The position numbers and the translations under genes are program-made. The notes under the pieces were generated by a model. That model was not told the origin of the DNA, searched no databases, and saw only the letters and a list, made by a program, of their open reading frames with translations. Below are positions 19,627 through 28,939 of a stretch of 64,000 nt of DNA, piece after piece. The first letter of the stretch is position 1. Each line of letters begins with the position of its first letter. The DNA lies in assembly GCA_034520565.1 (NCBI GenBank), contig JAXHNL010000002.1:224001-288000 (forward strand). The letters run 5' to 3'. The DNA is from Halodesulfurarchaeum sp. GTDB lineage: Archaea; Halobacteriota; Halobacteria; Halobacteriales; Halobacteriaceae.

Positions 19627-20424
19627 TTAGAGCATCGCAAGCGGCGTCATGACGACGACACCGACGACGATTCCGGCGACGAGTTCGAGGTGGCCGCCCC
19701 GCGGAAGGTCTTCGCCGAGATCGAGTGCCTCCGGGATGAATTCCGTAAGGACGAGATAGACCATCGCGCCTGCGGCGAACCCAAACCCGAACGGCAAAAA
19801 CTCGCGGGCGTAGCGGACGAAGGCAAACGCGAGCACTGCACCGACTGGTTGGGGCAGACTCGAGAAGATCGACCACCAGACCAGCTTCCAGTTCGAGACG
19901 CCCATCGCCCGGAGCGGGATCGAGATCGCGGTGCCCTCCGGGACGTTATGGATCGAGATGGCGACGGTCATGAAGATGGCGAGGATCGGGATCGTAAAGC
20001 CGAGGAACATCGGCCCGGTTCCCAGATTCAGATCCGCGAAGGAGACCCCGACAGCCACGCCCTCTGGAAAGCTGTGGACCGTGAGGATACCGAGTATCAG
20101 GACGAGTTTCTTGAAGTCGGCTTCGGCGTACTCCCGGGGGTCGATTTCGGCATGGGTGATGACCCGGTGGCCCACGATCACGAGGAGCACGCCGACGATC
20201 AATCCCGGAACGATGTCCTGGATCGTCCCCTCGGCCAACCCCTCCTTGAGCAGGCCGAACACGGAGGCGGCCACCATGATCCCCGAGGCCAGGCCCCAGA
20301 GCCCCACGTTCCAGCGGTCGGGGATGTCCTCAGCGAGGAAGAACGGGATGGCGCCCAACCCAGTTGCGAGGGCCGTGATCAGCCCGGCGACGAAGACCAG
20401 CGTCAGATTGGCCAGCAGACTCAT
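19627..20424 (-). CDS. ZIP family metal transporter
   Basis: HSFPEG and HNVPEG metal-site motifs; FAAGAM. Confidence 0.92.
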   Translation of the reverse strand: MSLLANLTLVFVAGLITALATGLGAIPFFLAEDIPDRWNVGLWGLASGIMVAASVFGLLKEGLAEGTIQDIVPGLIVGVLLVIVGHRVITHAEIDPREYAEADFKKLVLILGILTVHSFPEGVAVGVSFADLNLGTGPMFLGFTIPILAIFMTVAISIHNVPEGTAISIPLRAMGVSNWKLVWWSIFSSLPQPVGAVLAFAFVRYAREFLPFGFGFAAGAMVYLVLTEFIPEALDLGEDLPRGGHLELVAGIVVGVVVMTPLAML

Positions 20425-20474
20425 CCGTTGTCCAATCGAATCCGTTCCGCGTAGTTAAAATTTCGGAAGAAAAG

Positions 20475-20503
20475 TTTGTAGAAACTAAATTAGTCTTTCC
20501 TAA
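20475..20503. promoter_or_regulatory. Tandem DtxR/SirR-type operator boxes upstream of the ZIP transporter
   Basis: TTAG-TCTTTC-CTAA (20490-20503) and TTTG-TAGAAA-CTAA (20475-20488). Confidence 0.55.
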
Positions 20504-20625
20504 CTCGAAGATTTTCGAGGCGAACGTGAGCGAGGTCGAGGATTGGTGAACGGGACCGCCAATGGGAAAGTCGTGGCCGGGCGAAACGAAAGCCCTATCA
20601 AAAGTAGCCAAGTACGGTAATCCAG

Positions 20626-20698
20626 GCCGCCGTAGCTCAGCTGGTAGAGCACTCCGCTGTTAACGGAGTTGTCCCAGGTTCGAGCCCTGGCGGCGGCG
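20626..20698 (+). tRNA. tRNA-Asn(GTT)
   Basis: GCCGCCG/CGGCGGC acceptor; anticodon arm CTCCG-CTGTTAA-CGGAG; T loop TTCGAGC. Confidence 0.96.
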
Positions 20699-20747
20699 CT
20701 TCTTTCGAAGGTAACGCTCAAGGCACCGCCAGCGGTAGGACGGGATA

Positions 20748-20822
20748 GGGCCCTTAGCTCAGTCTGGTTAGAGCGCGCGGCTCATAACCGCGTCGTCAGT
20801 GGTTCAAATCCGCTAGGGCCCA
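20748..20822 (+). tRNA. tRNA-Ile2(CAT), agmatidine-modified
   Basis: GGGCCC acceptor typical of tRNA-Ile; anticodon arm CGCGG-CTCATAA-CCGCG; no initiator features. Confidence 0.85.
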
Positions 20823-20829
20823 CATCTCA

Positions 20830-20949
20830 ACGACCTAACCGTCGAGCGACCAGCTTGCTGTGTCGCGAGACGTGAGTCGACGTGATTGGGGAAGCGGATT
20901 TGAGCCCAGGAAACCGAACGGAGTGAGGTTTCCGCTGGTTCAAATCCGC
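20830..20949. repeat. tRNA-Ile2-associated nested palindromic element
   Basis: 21-mer GCGACCAGCTTGCTGTGTCGC (20846-20866), inverted T-arm copy 20893-20906, hairpin 20909-20933, direct T-arm copy 20936-20949. Confidence 0.8.
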
Positions 20950-21009
20950 GAAGGATTAACCCCTCATCCTGCCAGTTTACTTTTCCCCATCCCCCACCTC
21001 GCGTTCACC

Positions 21010-22049
21010 ATGCGCGCAGCCGTCTACCACGGCCCCGGCGAGATCGCCATCGAAGAGGTCCCCAAACCCGAACTCGAATCCCCGAAGGGCGCGCTGATCC
21101 GCGTCACCCACACCGCCATCTGTGGGTCTGATCTCTGGTTCTACCGCGGCCAGACCGACATGGAGGCGGGCGAACGGGTCGGCCACGAACCCATGGGCAT
21201 CGTCGAGGCGGTTGGAGAGGCTGTCACGTCAGTCGAACCGGGGATCGGGTCATCGCCCCCTTCGCCATCAGTTGCGGGGAATGTGAGTTCTGTCGGAAGG
21301 GCCTGTACACCTCCTGCGTCGAGGGAGAATCGTGGGGCGGCACAAACGGCGGCGGACAGGGCGAATACGTCAAAACCCCCTTCGCAGACGGCCATCTCGT
21401 CCGGGTGCCGGATCGCTACGCCGACGACCAGAAGACCCTCGAGAAACTCCTCCCCCTGACCGACGTGCTCGGAACCGGACACCACGCCGCCGTGAGTGCC
21501 GAGGTCGGGCCGGGCGATACGGTCGTGGTCATCGGCGACGGGGCGGTGGGCCTGAGCGGGGTGCTCAGCGCCCAGCGCCTGGGAGCCGAGCGGATCATCG
21601 CCGTGGGCCACCACGAGGATCGACTCGAAATCGCCGAGGCGTTCGGGGCGACCGAGACCGTCGCCGAACGGGGCGAGGCCGCAATCGAGCGGGTCACGGA
21701 ACTCACGTACGGCGGATCGAATCACGTCATGGAGTGTGTCGGGGCGGCCTCGGCGATGGACACCGCGATCGAGGTCGCCAGGCCGGGCGGAACGATCGGC
21801 TACGTGGGTGTCCCCCACGGCGTCGCTGAGGGGGGACTGGACGTCCTCTCACTGTTCCGGGACAACCTCACCCTGCAGGGGGGCGTCGCTCCGGTTCGCC
21901 AGTACGCCGAGGAACTCATGGGGGACATCCTCGGCGGAACCCTCGACCCCTCGCCGATCTTCACGAAACGCGTCGACCTGGAGGGCGTGCCGGAGGGCTA
22001 CGAGGCGATGGACGAACGAGAGGCAATCAAGGTGCTTGTGAAGCCGTAG
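21010..22049 (+). pseudogene. Zinc-dependent MDR alcohol dehydrogenase, frameshifted at about 21240 (possibly a sequencing error)
   Basis: ICGSD and GHE in one frame; CGECEFC...C and GDGAVG in the next; one extra G in the GGGG run restores EPGDRV. Confidence 0.85.
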
Positions 22050-22058
22050 AATCGACTC

Positions 22059-22739
22059 TCACTGGTCGGTGAACGCCTCTATCAGGTCCTGCCCGTCGAC
22101 GTAAGGGATGTCGTGTTTGGCCGCGTAGGCCCGGGCATCGTCGATCGAGAGGGCCTCCCCGGTCTCGTCGTCCAGCATCTCACACACCACGGCCGCCGGG
22201 GGCAGTTGGGCCTCGTGGGCCAGCGCGACGGCCATTTCGGTGTGACCCTTCCGATCCGAGAGACCGTAGCGGGAGGCCCGAAGCAGGTGGACGTGTCCCG
22301 GGGCGCGGAACTCGCGGGGGAAGTCGGTCGATTCGGGATCGGCTGCGGCCTCCCCGAGACGACTGATTGTCAGTGCCCGGTCCTGATCGGTGATCCCGGT
22401 GTAGGTGTCCCGGTGGTTGACGGTAAGCGAGAACGAGGAGCGCTCGTCGTACCCGAGGTGGTCGCTCTCCGCGACCGGGTGGTCGATCTCGTCGGCCAGG
22501 AAGGGCAACTCGAAGGCATCTGCGATCTCCGGGCCCAGCGCGACACAGACCAGTCCGCCCGCGTCGTTTCGCAACTGTGCGACTGCCGGTGGATCGACGG
22601 CCCCGGCCGGGTAGACCATGTCGACTTCTCCCTCGCGGTCGTCGAAGTCGTGGATCAACACCGGCTGGCCGGCCGCAAACGCCGCGACGGCCCGTTCGAC
22701 GCCGGTCGCCCCCCGGGAAGCTTCACGCTGACTCGACAT
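22059..22739 (-). CDS. ribB: 3,4-dihydroxy-2-butanone-4-phosphate synthase
   Basis: DREGEVD, TGITDQDRALT, APGHVHLL, GHTE, CEMLD. Confidence 0.95.
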   Translation of the reverse strand: MSSQREASRGATGVERAVAAFAAGQPVLIHDFDDREGEVDMVYPAGAVDPPAVAQLRNDAGGLVCVALGPEIADAFELPFLADEIDHPVAESDHLGYDERSSFSLTVNHRDTYTGITDQDRALTISRLGEAAADPESTDFPREFRAPGHVHLLRASRYGLSDRKGHTEMAVALAHEAQLPPAAVVCEMLDDETGEALSIDDARAYAAKHDIPYVDGQDLIEAFTDQ

Positions 22740-23430
22740 TCACACTCACCTCGTCACCGTCGAGCAGGCCCAGTTCGTCCCGGATGCGTTCGGGAGCGAT
22801 GATCTCGAGTTCCTCGGCGTCGTGGTGGGTCCGATCGGGCACGATGACGTGGCCCCCGTCGAAGGAGTGGCCCGTGTCGGATTCGATGCTGGCCGGATAG
22901 CAAGTCGCCCCGCCGTAGGTGCGCTCCTCGTCCTCCCACTCGTCGATGTGGATCCCCTCGAGAGCGGCCAGAATCGAGCGCTCGCGCTTGCTCGTGGCCG
23001 TGAGGCTGACGTTGAGCGTGCCCGGGTACGGATCATAACCCAGCTTTTCCTCGAACTGAACCTTGTAGCCCGGGAGCGTGACGTAGTGGCGGCCCTCGCC
23101 CATGCCCGTGGTGATCTCACCGCGCAGCACGACCGTGCCCTTCGCCTCGAAGATGGCCCGGTAATCCTCGTATTCGGTCCTGAGCACCTCGATTCCGCGC
23201 TCCGTGAGCTCGACGAACTGGCCGTCTCCGACCGTCTCCCTGGTGATGCAATCCGCGTCCTCCAGCGCCTGAAGGCGCCGAGAGGCAGTCTGGTTCGAGA
23301 CGTCGAGATCCGCGGCGACCTCGGCCCCAGATATTTTCACCTTCCCGCGATGGCCCCCGTCGAGGGCCAGGAGTTTCAGGACGGCGAGTTCGTCAAAGCC
23401 GACGGCGAGACTGCCGGCGTCGACAACCAT
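22723..23430 (-). CDS. ribK: CTP-dependent riboflavin kinase with N-terminal winged HTH (RbkR)
   Basis: HTH SNQTASRRL; GMGEGRHY, PYPGTLN, PDRTHH. Confidence 0.93.
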   Translation of the reverse strand: MVVDAGSLAVGFDELAVLKLLALDGGHRGKVKISGAEVAADLDVSNQTASRRLQALEDADCITRETVGDGQFVELTERGIEVLRTEYEDYRAIFEAKGTVVLRGEITTGMGEGRHYVTLPGYKVQFEEKLGYDPYPGTLNVSLTATSKRERSILAALEGIHIDEWEDEERTYGGATCYPASIESDTGHSFDGGHVIVPDRTHHDAEELEIIAPERIRDELGLLDGDEVSVNVESA

Positions 23431-23462
23431 GCCCCGAGTTTGGCCCGTGGCCCGGATAAGGA

Positions 23463-23526
23463 TACCGGATTTGGGATGGTTCTCAAATTTGAGACGGGGT
23501 GGCGGCCAACGAATCCCGCTTTGGGA
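23463..23526. promoter_or_regulatory. Candidate RbkR operator array
   Basis: Perfect palindrome TCTCAAATTTGAGA (23481-23494) flanked by related 14-mers at 23463-23476 and 23513-23526. Confidence 0.55.
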
Positions 23527-23547
23527 AACGGTACGCGGTGCAACCAG

Positions 23548-24477
23548 CTACTCACCGGGTCCAGCCAGCTCCGGGACCATCGTTTCCGGGTCTTTCGCGA
23601 GCATCGCCACGTTCGAGGGCGGTGCCTCGCGGAATTCCCCGAAGGCCGGAAGGTGGTCCTGGACCGAGCGGGCGAACTCGACCACCTCCTCGTGGTCCGG
23701 CATCGCGTCCCGGTCCAGGCGATCACGGGACGTGCCGACGTGCATGTACCCCTTGATCTCGATGAAGTCGGGGTCAGCCTGCTCGTACCGGGCCGCGTAG
23801 CCGGCCGGATCTTCCATATTTTCGCCGGCGACGAGAGTTGTCCGGATCGTGGTCCGACTTTCGTGGGTTCGGAGCACGTCCAGGGACTCCATTAGGTCCT
23901 CCCAGGCGGTTTTCTCGCGGGGGCGGACCACCGCGTCGTAGGTCCTCCGGTCTGGGGCGTCGAGGCTCACGTAGAGCTGGGTGGGACTGGCATCCCGGAG
24001 CACGTCAGGTCGGGTCCCGTTGCTCACGAGAAAGGTGGTGAAATCCCGGTCGTGGTAGGCCTCGATCAGTTCCGGGAGAAGGGGGTAAAGCGTGGGTTCG
24101 CCGTCGAGGCTGATCGCGACGTGCTTGGGGTCGAGGGCATCGTCCAGCCGCGACTCGGGGACGTCGTCGTTGCCGCCGAAGCCCGCGAGGAGTTCCCGCT
24201 GGAGTTCGATCGACGCGTCGACGACGGCCTCGGGGTCCTGCCAGTCGGTTTCATCGAGTTCGTAGGCGTGGCCCGCGTGGTCGCGCCAGCAGAAGACACA
24301 GCGCTCGTTGCACCGGATGATGGGCGTCATCTGGATACATCGGTGGGACTGGATGCCGTAGAAACGATGCTTGTAACAGGTGCCCTCTCCCCGGAGGGCG
24401 TTTTTCGTCCACCCGCAGGTCTGGACGGCCGTGTGACCGATCGTATGGTAGTTCGGTCCCGAGACCTGCTGGGTCAT
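23548..24477 (-). CDS. taw1: 4-demethylwyosine synthase TYW1/Taw1 (radical SAM)
   Basis: HTAVQTCGWT, CYK..YGIQSHRC, CNERCVFCWR, ISLDGEPT; start at 24477. Confidence 0.93.
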   Translation of the reverse strand: MTQQVSGPNYHTIGHTAVQTCGWTKNALRGEGTCYKHRFYGIQSHRCIQMTPIIRCNERCVFCWRDHAGHAYELDETDWQDPEAVVDASIELQRELLAGFGGNDDVPESRLDDALDPKHVAISLDGEPTLYPLLPELIEAYHDRDFTTFLVSNGTRPDVLRDASPTQLYVSLDAPDRRTYDAVVRPREKTAWEDLMESLDVLRTHESRTTIRTTLVAGENMEDPAGYAARYEQADPDFIEIKGYMHVGTSRDRLDRDAMPDHEEVVEFARSVQDHLPAFGEFREAPPSNVAMLAKDPETMVPELAGPGE

Positions 24478-24577
24478 CGCCCGCGCTTGGCGATGAACGG
24501 GCAAAAGAATGGTGCTCCCGGCGAGTGCACGGACGGCATGCAGAACCCCTATAGGCCGTGGCCGACACCCAACGCGT

Positions 24578-26332
24578 ATGTTGCTTGCCTTTCGCGAGGA
24601 AGTCGAGACCGCGCTCGCCGACGCGCTCGACGCGCTCTCCCTTCCCGGAGACGACCTGGGGATCGAGACCCCGCCCACGGACGTCCCTGCGGTCCTTGCT
24701 TCGAGTGTCTCCTTTCGCCTGGCCGGTCCAGCCGAGGCGGCCCCACCCGAAGTCGCCGCCGACATCGAAGGCGAGATCGACGTCGACTCGCTGACCTACG
24801 TGGGACACGTGGTGACCCAGGGCCCGTACGTGAACTTTCATCCCTCCGAGGCCTACTACGCGGAGACTCTCGAGGCGGCCCAATCGGAGACGTACGGGCA
24901 GTTGCCCGACCGCGAGAAGTCGGTCGTCGTCGAACACACGAGCGCGAATCCGACCGGTCCGGTTCACGTCGGCCGGGCCCGAAACCCCATCCTCGGGGAC
25001 GCCATCGCCCGGATCGTGAACGCCGCCGGCTACGACGTCGACACCCACTACTACGTGAACGACGCGGGCCGCCAGATCGCCGTGTTCACGTGGGCCTTCG
25101 AGACGTTCGACGAGGGCAACCTGCCCGAACCCGAACGGGACAGCCCCGAGTACGAGATGGTCCGGTATTACCGCACCGGCAACTCCTTTCTCGAAGACGG
25201 CCCGGAAGACGAGGTCGAAGCCGCCGAAGCGGAGATCCAGTCCATCATGCAGGGACTCGAGGCCGGCGACGAGGAAGCCTACGAGCGAGTCGGCGAGGTG
25301 GTCGACACGGTGCTCGCGGGCATGCGCCGCTGTCTGGAACGGCTCCCCGCGACCTTCGACGAGTTCGTCAAGGAAACCCGCTTCATGCGAGACGGCAGCA
25401 CCGACGGCGTGGCGAGCCGACTCGAGGAGAGCGGCCTCGCATACGAGGACGAGGGAGCCTGGCATCTCGATCTCTCCGACCGGGGTTTCGAGAAGGATCT
25501 CGTCTTCAAGCGGTCGGACGGCACCAGCCTTTACACGACTCGCGATCTGGCCCACCACGAGTGGAAGTTCGACCACTACGACCGGGCGGTGACCGTCCTC
25601 GGCGAGGACCACAAACTCCAGGCGCGCCAACTGCAGGCCGCCCTCGACATACTGGGGAACGACACCGCCCAGCTGGACGACGTGATCTACTCCTACGTGA
25701 ACCTCCCCTCCGGAAAAATGAGTACCCGGGCAGGCACCGGCGTCGACCTCGATGACCTCCTCGACGAGGCGGTCGACCGGGCTCGCGAGGCCGTCGAATC
25801 CCGCATGGGTGATCGAATCCGGGATGACGACCTCGCAGAGGACGACATCGAACGGATCGCCGAACAGGTCGGAATCGGTGCGGTGCGGTATGACATCGTC
25901 TCCAAGCAGCCGAGCAAGCCGATCACGTTCAAGTGGGACGACGCTCTCGACTTCGAGGGGCAGAGCGCTCCCTACGTGCAGTACGCCCATGCCCGCACCT
26001 GCGGGATCGTCGACGAGGCCGACGGCACCGTCTCGCCAGTCCCCGATGCCGAACTGCTCGATTCCGATCCCGAACGGGACCTGCTGGAGGCGATCGCCGC
26101 GTATCCCGCAAGGATCGACGAGAGCGCGAGCGACCTCGAGCCCCACGCGATCGCGACGTACGCCCGGGACCTGGCCGACGCGGTCAACGTGTTCTACCGG
26201 GAGTGCCCGGTCCTCGGCTCGGACGTGGACCCGAACGTCTCGGCGGCCAGACTCGCGCTGGTGATCGCGGCCCGCAACACGCTCGCGAACGCGCTCTCCG
26301 TTCTCGGGATCGCCGCTCCCGAGTCGATGTAA
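24578..26332 (+). CDS. argS: Arginine--tRNA ligase
   Basis: [14 protein letters not shown] (HIGH-like), [17 protein letters not shown]-terminal PESM. Confidence 0.97.
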   Translation: MLLAFREEVETALADALDALSLPGDDLGIETPPTDVPAVLASSVSFRLAGPAEAAPPEVAADIEGEIDVDSLTYVGHVVTQGPYVNFHPSEAYYAETLEAAQSETYGQLPDREKSVVVEHTSANPTGPVHVGRARNPILGDAIARIVNAAGYDVDTHYYVNDAGRQIAVFTWAFETFDEGNLPEPERDSPEYEMVRYYRTGNSFLEDGPEDEVEAAEAEIQSIMQGLEAGDEEAYERVGEVVDTVLAGMRRCLERLPATFDEFVKETRFMRDGSTDGVASRLEESGLAYEDEGAWHLDLSDRGFEKDLVFKRSDGTSLYTTRDLAHHEWKFDHYDRAVTVLGEDHKLQARQLQAALDILGNDTAQLDDVIYSYVNLPSGKMSTRAGTGVDLDDLLDEAVDRAREAVESRMGDRIRDDDLAEDDIERIAEQVGIGAVRYDIVSKQPSKPITFKWDDALDFEGQSAPYVQYAHARTCGIVDEADGTVSPVPDAELLDSDPERDLLEAIAAYPARIDESASDLEPHAIATYARDLADAVNVFYRECPVLGSDVDPNVSAARLALVIAARNTLANALSVLGIAAPESM

Positions 26333-26356
26333 CCCCGCGAAAATCGCCGCCCCGTT

Positions 26357-27580
26357 TCAGCCGAAGAGGCCGCCGAAGAGCCGTGCGATGAACGAACCAC
26401 CACCCGAGGAGTCCCCGGCGTCCTCGCTCGTCGATTTCGTCGGGCCCGGAACCACGTCCACGTCATCCCGGTCCCCATCGTCGGTCCCGTTCGTCTCGTC
26501 TTCCCCTGTGTCGAGGTCCGCACGTGTTTCTCCATCGTCTCCGCTCTCGACGGCGACCACGTCTTCCGTCGGGGGCGCCCCACCCGCATCGGATTCGCCG
26601 GCTGTCGCTTCGTCCCCGGCTGGCTCGTCCTCCATGGTTTCGAGCCGCTCGGCGATCCCCGCTGCCGGGGTGTCTTCTGGCTCCGCGTCATCGAGGTCAG
26701 TCCCCGCTGGTTCCGCCGATTCGGCGGCCGGTGTCTCGACTGCCGGGGAGTCCGCTGTGCCTTCGGGGGTCGTTTCCCCGGATGCTGGCTCGGACGACTC
26801 GGGAGCCGGGTCCGCGGGGACACTCGTCCCGACGGGGTCTTCGCTCTCCTCGACCCAGTCGCGAGGTAACGGCTCCCCGAGCAGGCTGTAGGCGATCTCC
26901 CGGTAGGACTGGGCGGCGGGGCTCTCCCGGTCGATCGACACGAGCGGGGTGCCCTCGTCCATGCTCATCTGGATCGCCCCGTCCTCCGGAACCGCCCCCA
27001 ACACGGAGAGATCGAGGCGATCGGAGACCACCTCGGGGGTCGCCCGGCCGGCACCGCCGATGCGCGTGACGATCATTCCCTCGACGGTGCCACCGATCCG
27101 TTCGACGAGTTCCGTGGTCAGTTCGGCGTTGGTGATCGCGGCGTCGGCCGGCGTCGTGACGACGATGACCCCGTCCGCGATTCCCAGAGGGACAGTCACG
27201 TCGTGGCTCAACCCCCCACCGCCGTCGAGAACCACGACGTCGTATCGCTCCCGGAGGTCATCCACGACCCCCCGCAGGTTCGCCGGGTCGGCCCGGCCGT
27301 AGTCCTCGAGGCCCGGGCTCCCGACGACGGCGTCGAAGTCGCCCGGAGCCGACACGACCGCCTCATCGATCGACGCCTCGCCGGCGAGCACGTCGTGAAG
27401 GGTCGTCTCGACCGAACCGACGTCGAGGAAGTCGCCGAGGTTGGCCATCCCCAGATCGACGTCGACCACCACGACCGAGCGACCTGCCTCCACGAACGCC
27501 GCGCCGAGGTTGACCGCAGTCGTGGTCTTGCCGACCCCGCCTTTTCCGCTTGCCACGGCGTACACGTGCCCTTCGGTCAT
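26357..27580 (-). CDS. minD: MinD/ParA ATPase with long acidic C-terminal extension (MinD4-like)
   Basis: SGKGGVGKTT, DVDLGMANL; about 170-aa acidic tail ending in the amphipathic FIARLFGGLFG; lies between argS and aRF1. Confidence 0.88.
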   Translation of the reverse strand: MTEGHVYAVASGKGGVGKTTTAVNLGAAFVEAGRSVVVVDVDLGMANLGDFLDVGSVETTLHDVLAGEASIDEAVVSAPGDFDAVVGSPGLEDYGRADPANLRGVVDDLRERYDVVVLDGGGGLSHDVTVPLGIADGVIVVTTPADAAITNAELTTELVERIGGTVEGMIVTRIGGAGRATPEVVSDRLDLSVLGAVPEDGAIQMSMDEGTPLVSIDRESPAAQSYREIAYSLLGEPLPRDWVEESEDPVGTSVPADPAPESSEPASGETTPEGTADSPAVETPAAESAEPAGTDLDDAEPEDTPAAGIAERLETMEDEPAGDEATAGESDAGGAPPTEDVVAVESGDDGETRADLDTGEDETNGTDDGDRDDVDVVPGPTKSTSEDAGDSSGGGSFIARLFGGLFG

Positions 27581-27626
27581 TAGTGTGGTTTCCGCGTTTC
27601 CAACCTTAAAGGGTTGGGGCACGGCT

Positions 27627-28797
27627 TCAGGATTCGCCGGTCATGGCCGCGATGATCCGGTCGCCGAACTCCTCGATTGAAACGCCGTCGGATGGACCCA
27701 GCCCGTTCATGTGCTCGAGCGAGAGTTGTCCACCGCCCATCCGTGCATGACCCCCGGCCCCGGCCATGGGAATGTCATCGACCACCCCGTCGAGCACGTC
27801 GCCCATGTGCACCCGGTCGTCGCGCGAGCGGCCCGAGAGGTGCAACGTCCCTTCTTCTTCCCCCATGACCGACGACGGCAGTCACGCCCTCGAGGTGCAG
27901 GAGTTCATCGGCCGCCTGGGGAATCGCGTCCACGTTCGAGACCTCGCCCACGTAGCTCACCACGAATGGCCCCTCCTTTCGGCGATTTTCGATGGCGCCT
28001 GCCTTCACATCGAGCACTTCGGCGTCGACCTCGGGGGAGGCGATACGATCGAGGAGGTCCTCGTCGATGCCGGGATAGAGAAAAGAGCTGGCCTCGAACT
28101 CGGCGGCCGAACAGCCCCGCGAGAGGTGGTTCGTATCCGAGAGAATGCCGTAGAGGAGCCCGGTTGCGACGGGGATCGGGAGCGTCCGTTCGGGAGCTGT
28201 CTCGCCAGTGTCGGGTTCGTAGCCCAGATCCTCGAGGTACTCGGCGACGATCGTCGCACAGGCCCCGTAGTTCTGCCGGACGTCAGTGAAGGCGCTTCCC
28301 GTTCCGTCTCCGGGGTGGTGGTCGATGACGGCAAGCGGTTCGACGTCGCTCGCACCGGTGAGGCCCCGTACTTCGTTGTGGTCGACGAGGACGACGTCTC
28401 CATCGAGATCCGCTGTGTCCTCGATCCCGTCGACGTCGAGGCCGAGGACGGTGCGGAAGGCCCGGTTCTCCTGGTGACGGATCTCCCCCGGATAGCGGAT
28501 CGTGGTCTCGACCCCCGCGTCCTCGGCGATGTGTGCGATTCCCATGGCCGCGGCCATCGCGTCCGGGTCCGGATTGGGATGAAGGAGGAGGGTGATCGAC
28601 TCGCGGCCCGAAAGCACCCGTTTGAGGCGGGCGCCCGCGGAGCGACGATAGTACCGAACTGCCAGCCACGCGCCCCCGAGGGCGAAGAGCAGAACGATCG
28701 CAATCGCCCCCGCGAGGAGCGGGTTCTCGGCGACCCATCGGCTGACGGTTTCGAGGAGTTGCCCACCTGTCCCCGAGACCGCTGGTGACCACGGCAT
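27627..28797 (-). pseudogene. DHH/DHHA1 phosphoesterase with N-terminal TM helix, frameshifted at about 27870 (possibly a sequencing error)
   Basis: HPNPDPD, LVDH, IDHH, GILSDT; DHHA1 part (SGRS, AGGH..GG) continues in another frame; removing one base restores TAVVVMGEEEG. Confidence 0.85.
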
Positions 28798-28939
28798 ACG
28801 CCCAAGGATAACTCGGCCATGGGTTAAGAACTTTCAGGGGTGTAGCAACCGGGGCCCGGTCAGTTAACTCGGTCCCGTCCCGGGGCCGGGATTCCGGCAG
28901 TTTAACTGTCTTCGTGGAGAATTACACATAACTAACCAC

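Noticed and set aside
20748-20822. tRNA-Met call from the CAT anticodon
   Set aside because: Acceptor stem resembles tRNA-Ile, it lacks the initiator A1-U72 pair and GGG/CCC anticodon stem, and it has no intron; Ile2 is more likely
20893-20949. Possible extra tRNA or tRNA pseudogene (GGTTCAAATCC), also at 58568-58586
   Set aside because: Only a T-arm fragment with no D or anticodon arm; treated as part of the palindromic element
23431-23547. FMN riboswitch upstream of ribK/ribB
   Set aside because: No RFN consensus; DNA palindromes fit a protein operator better
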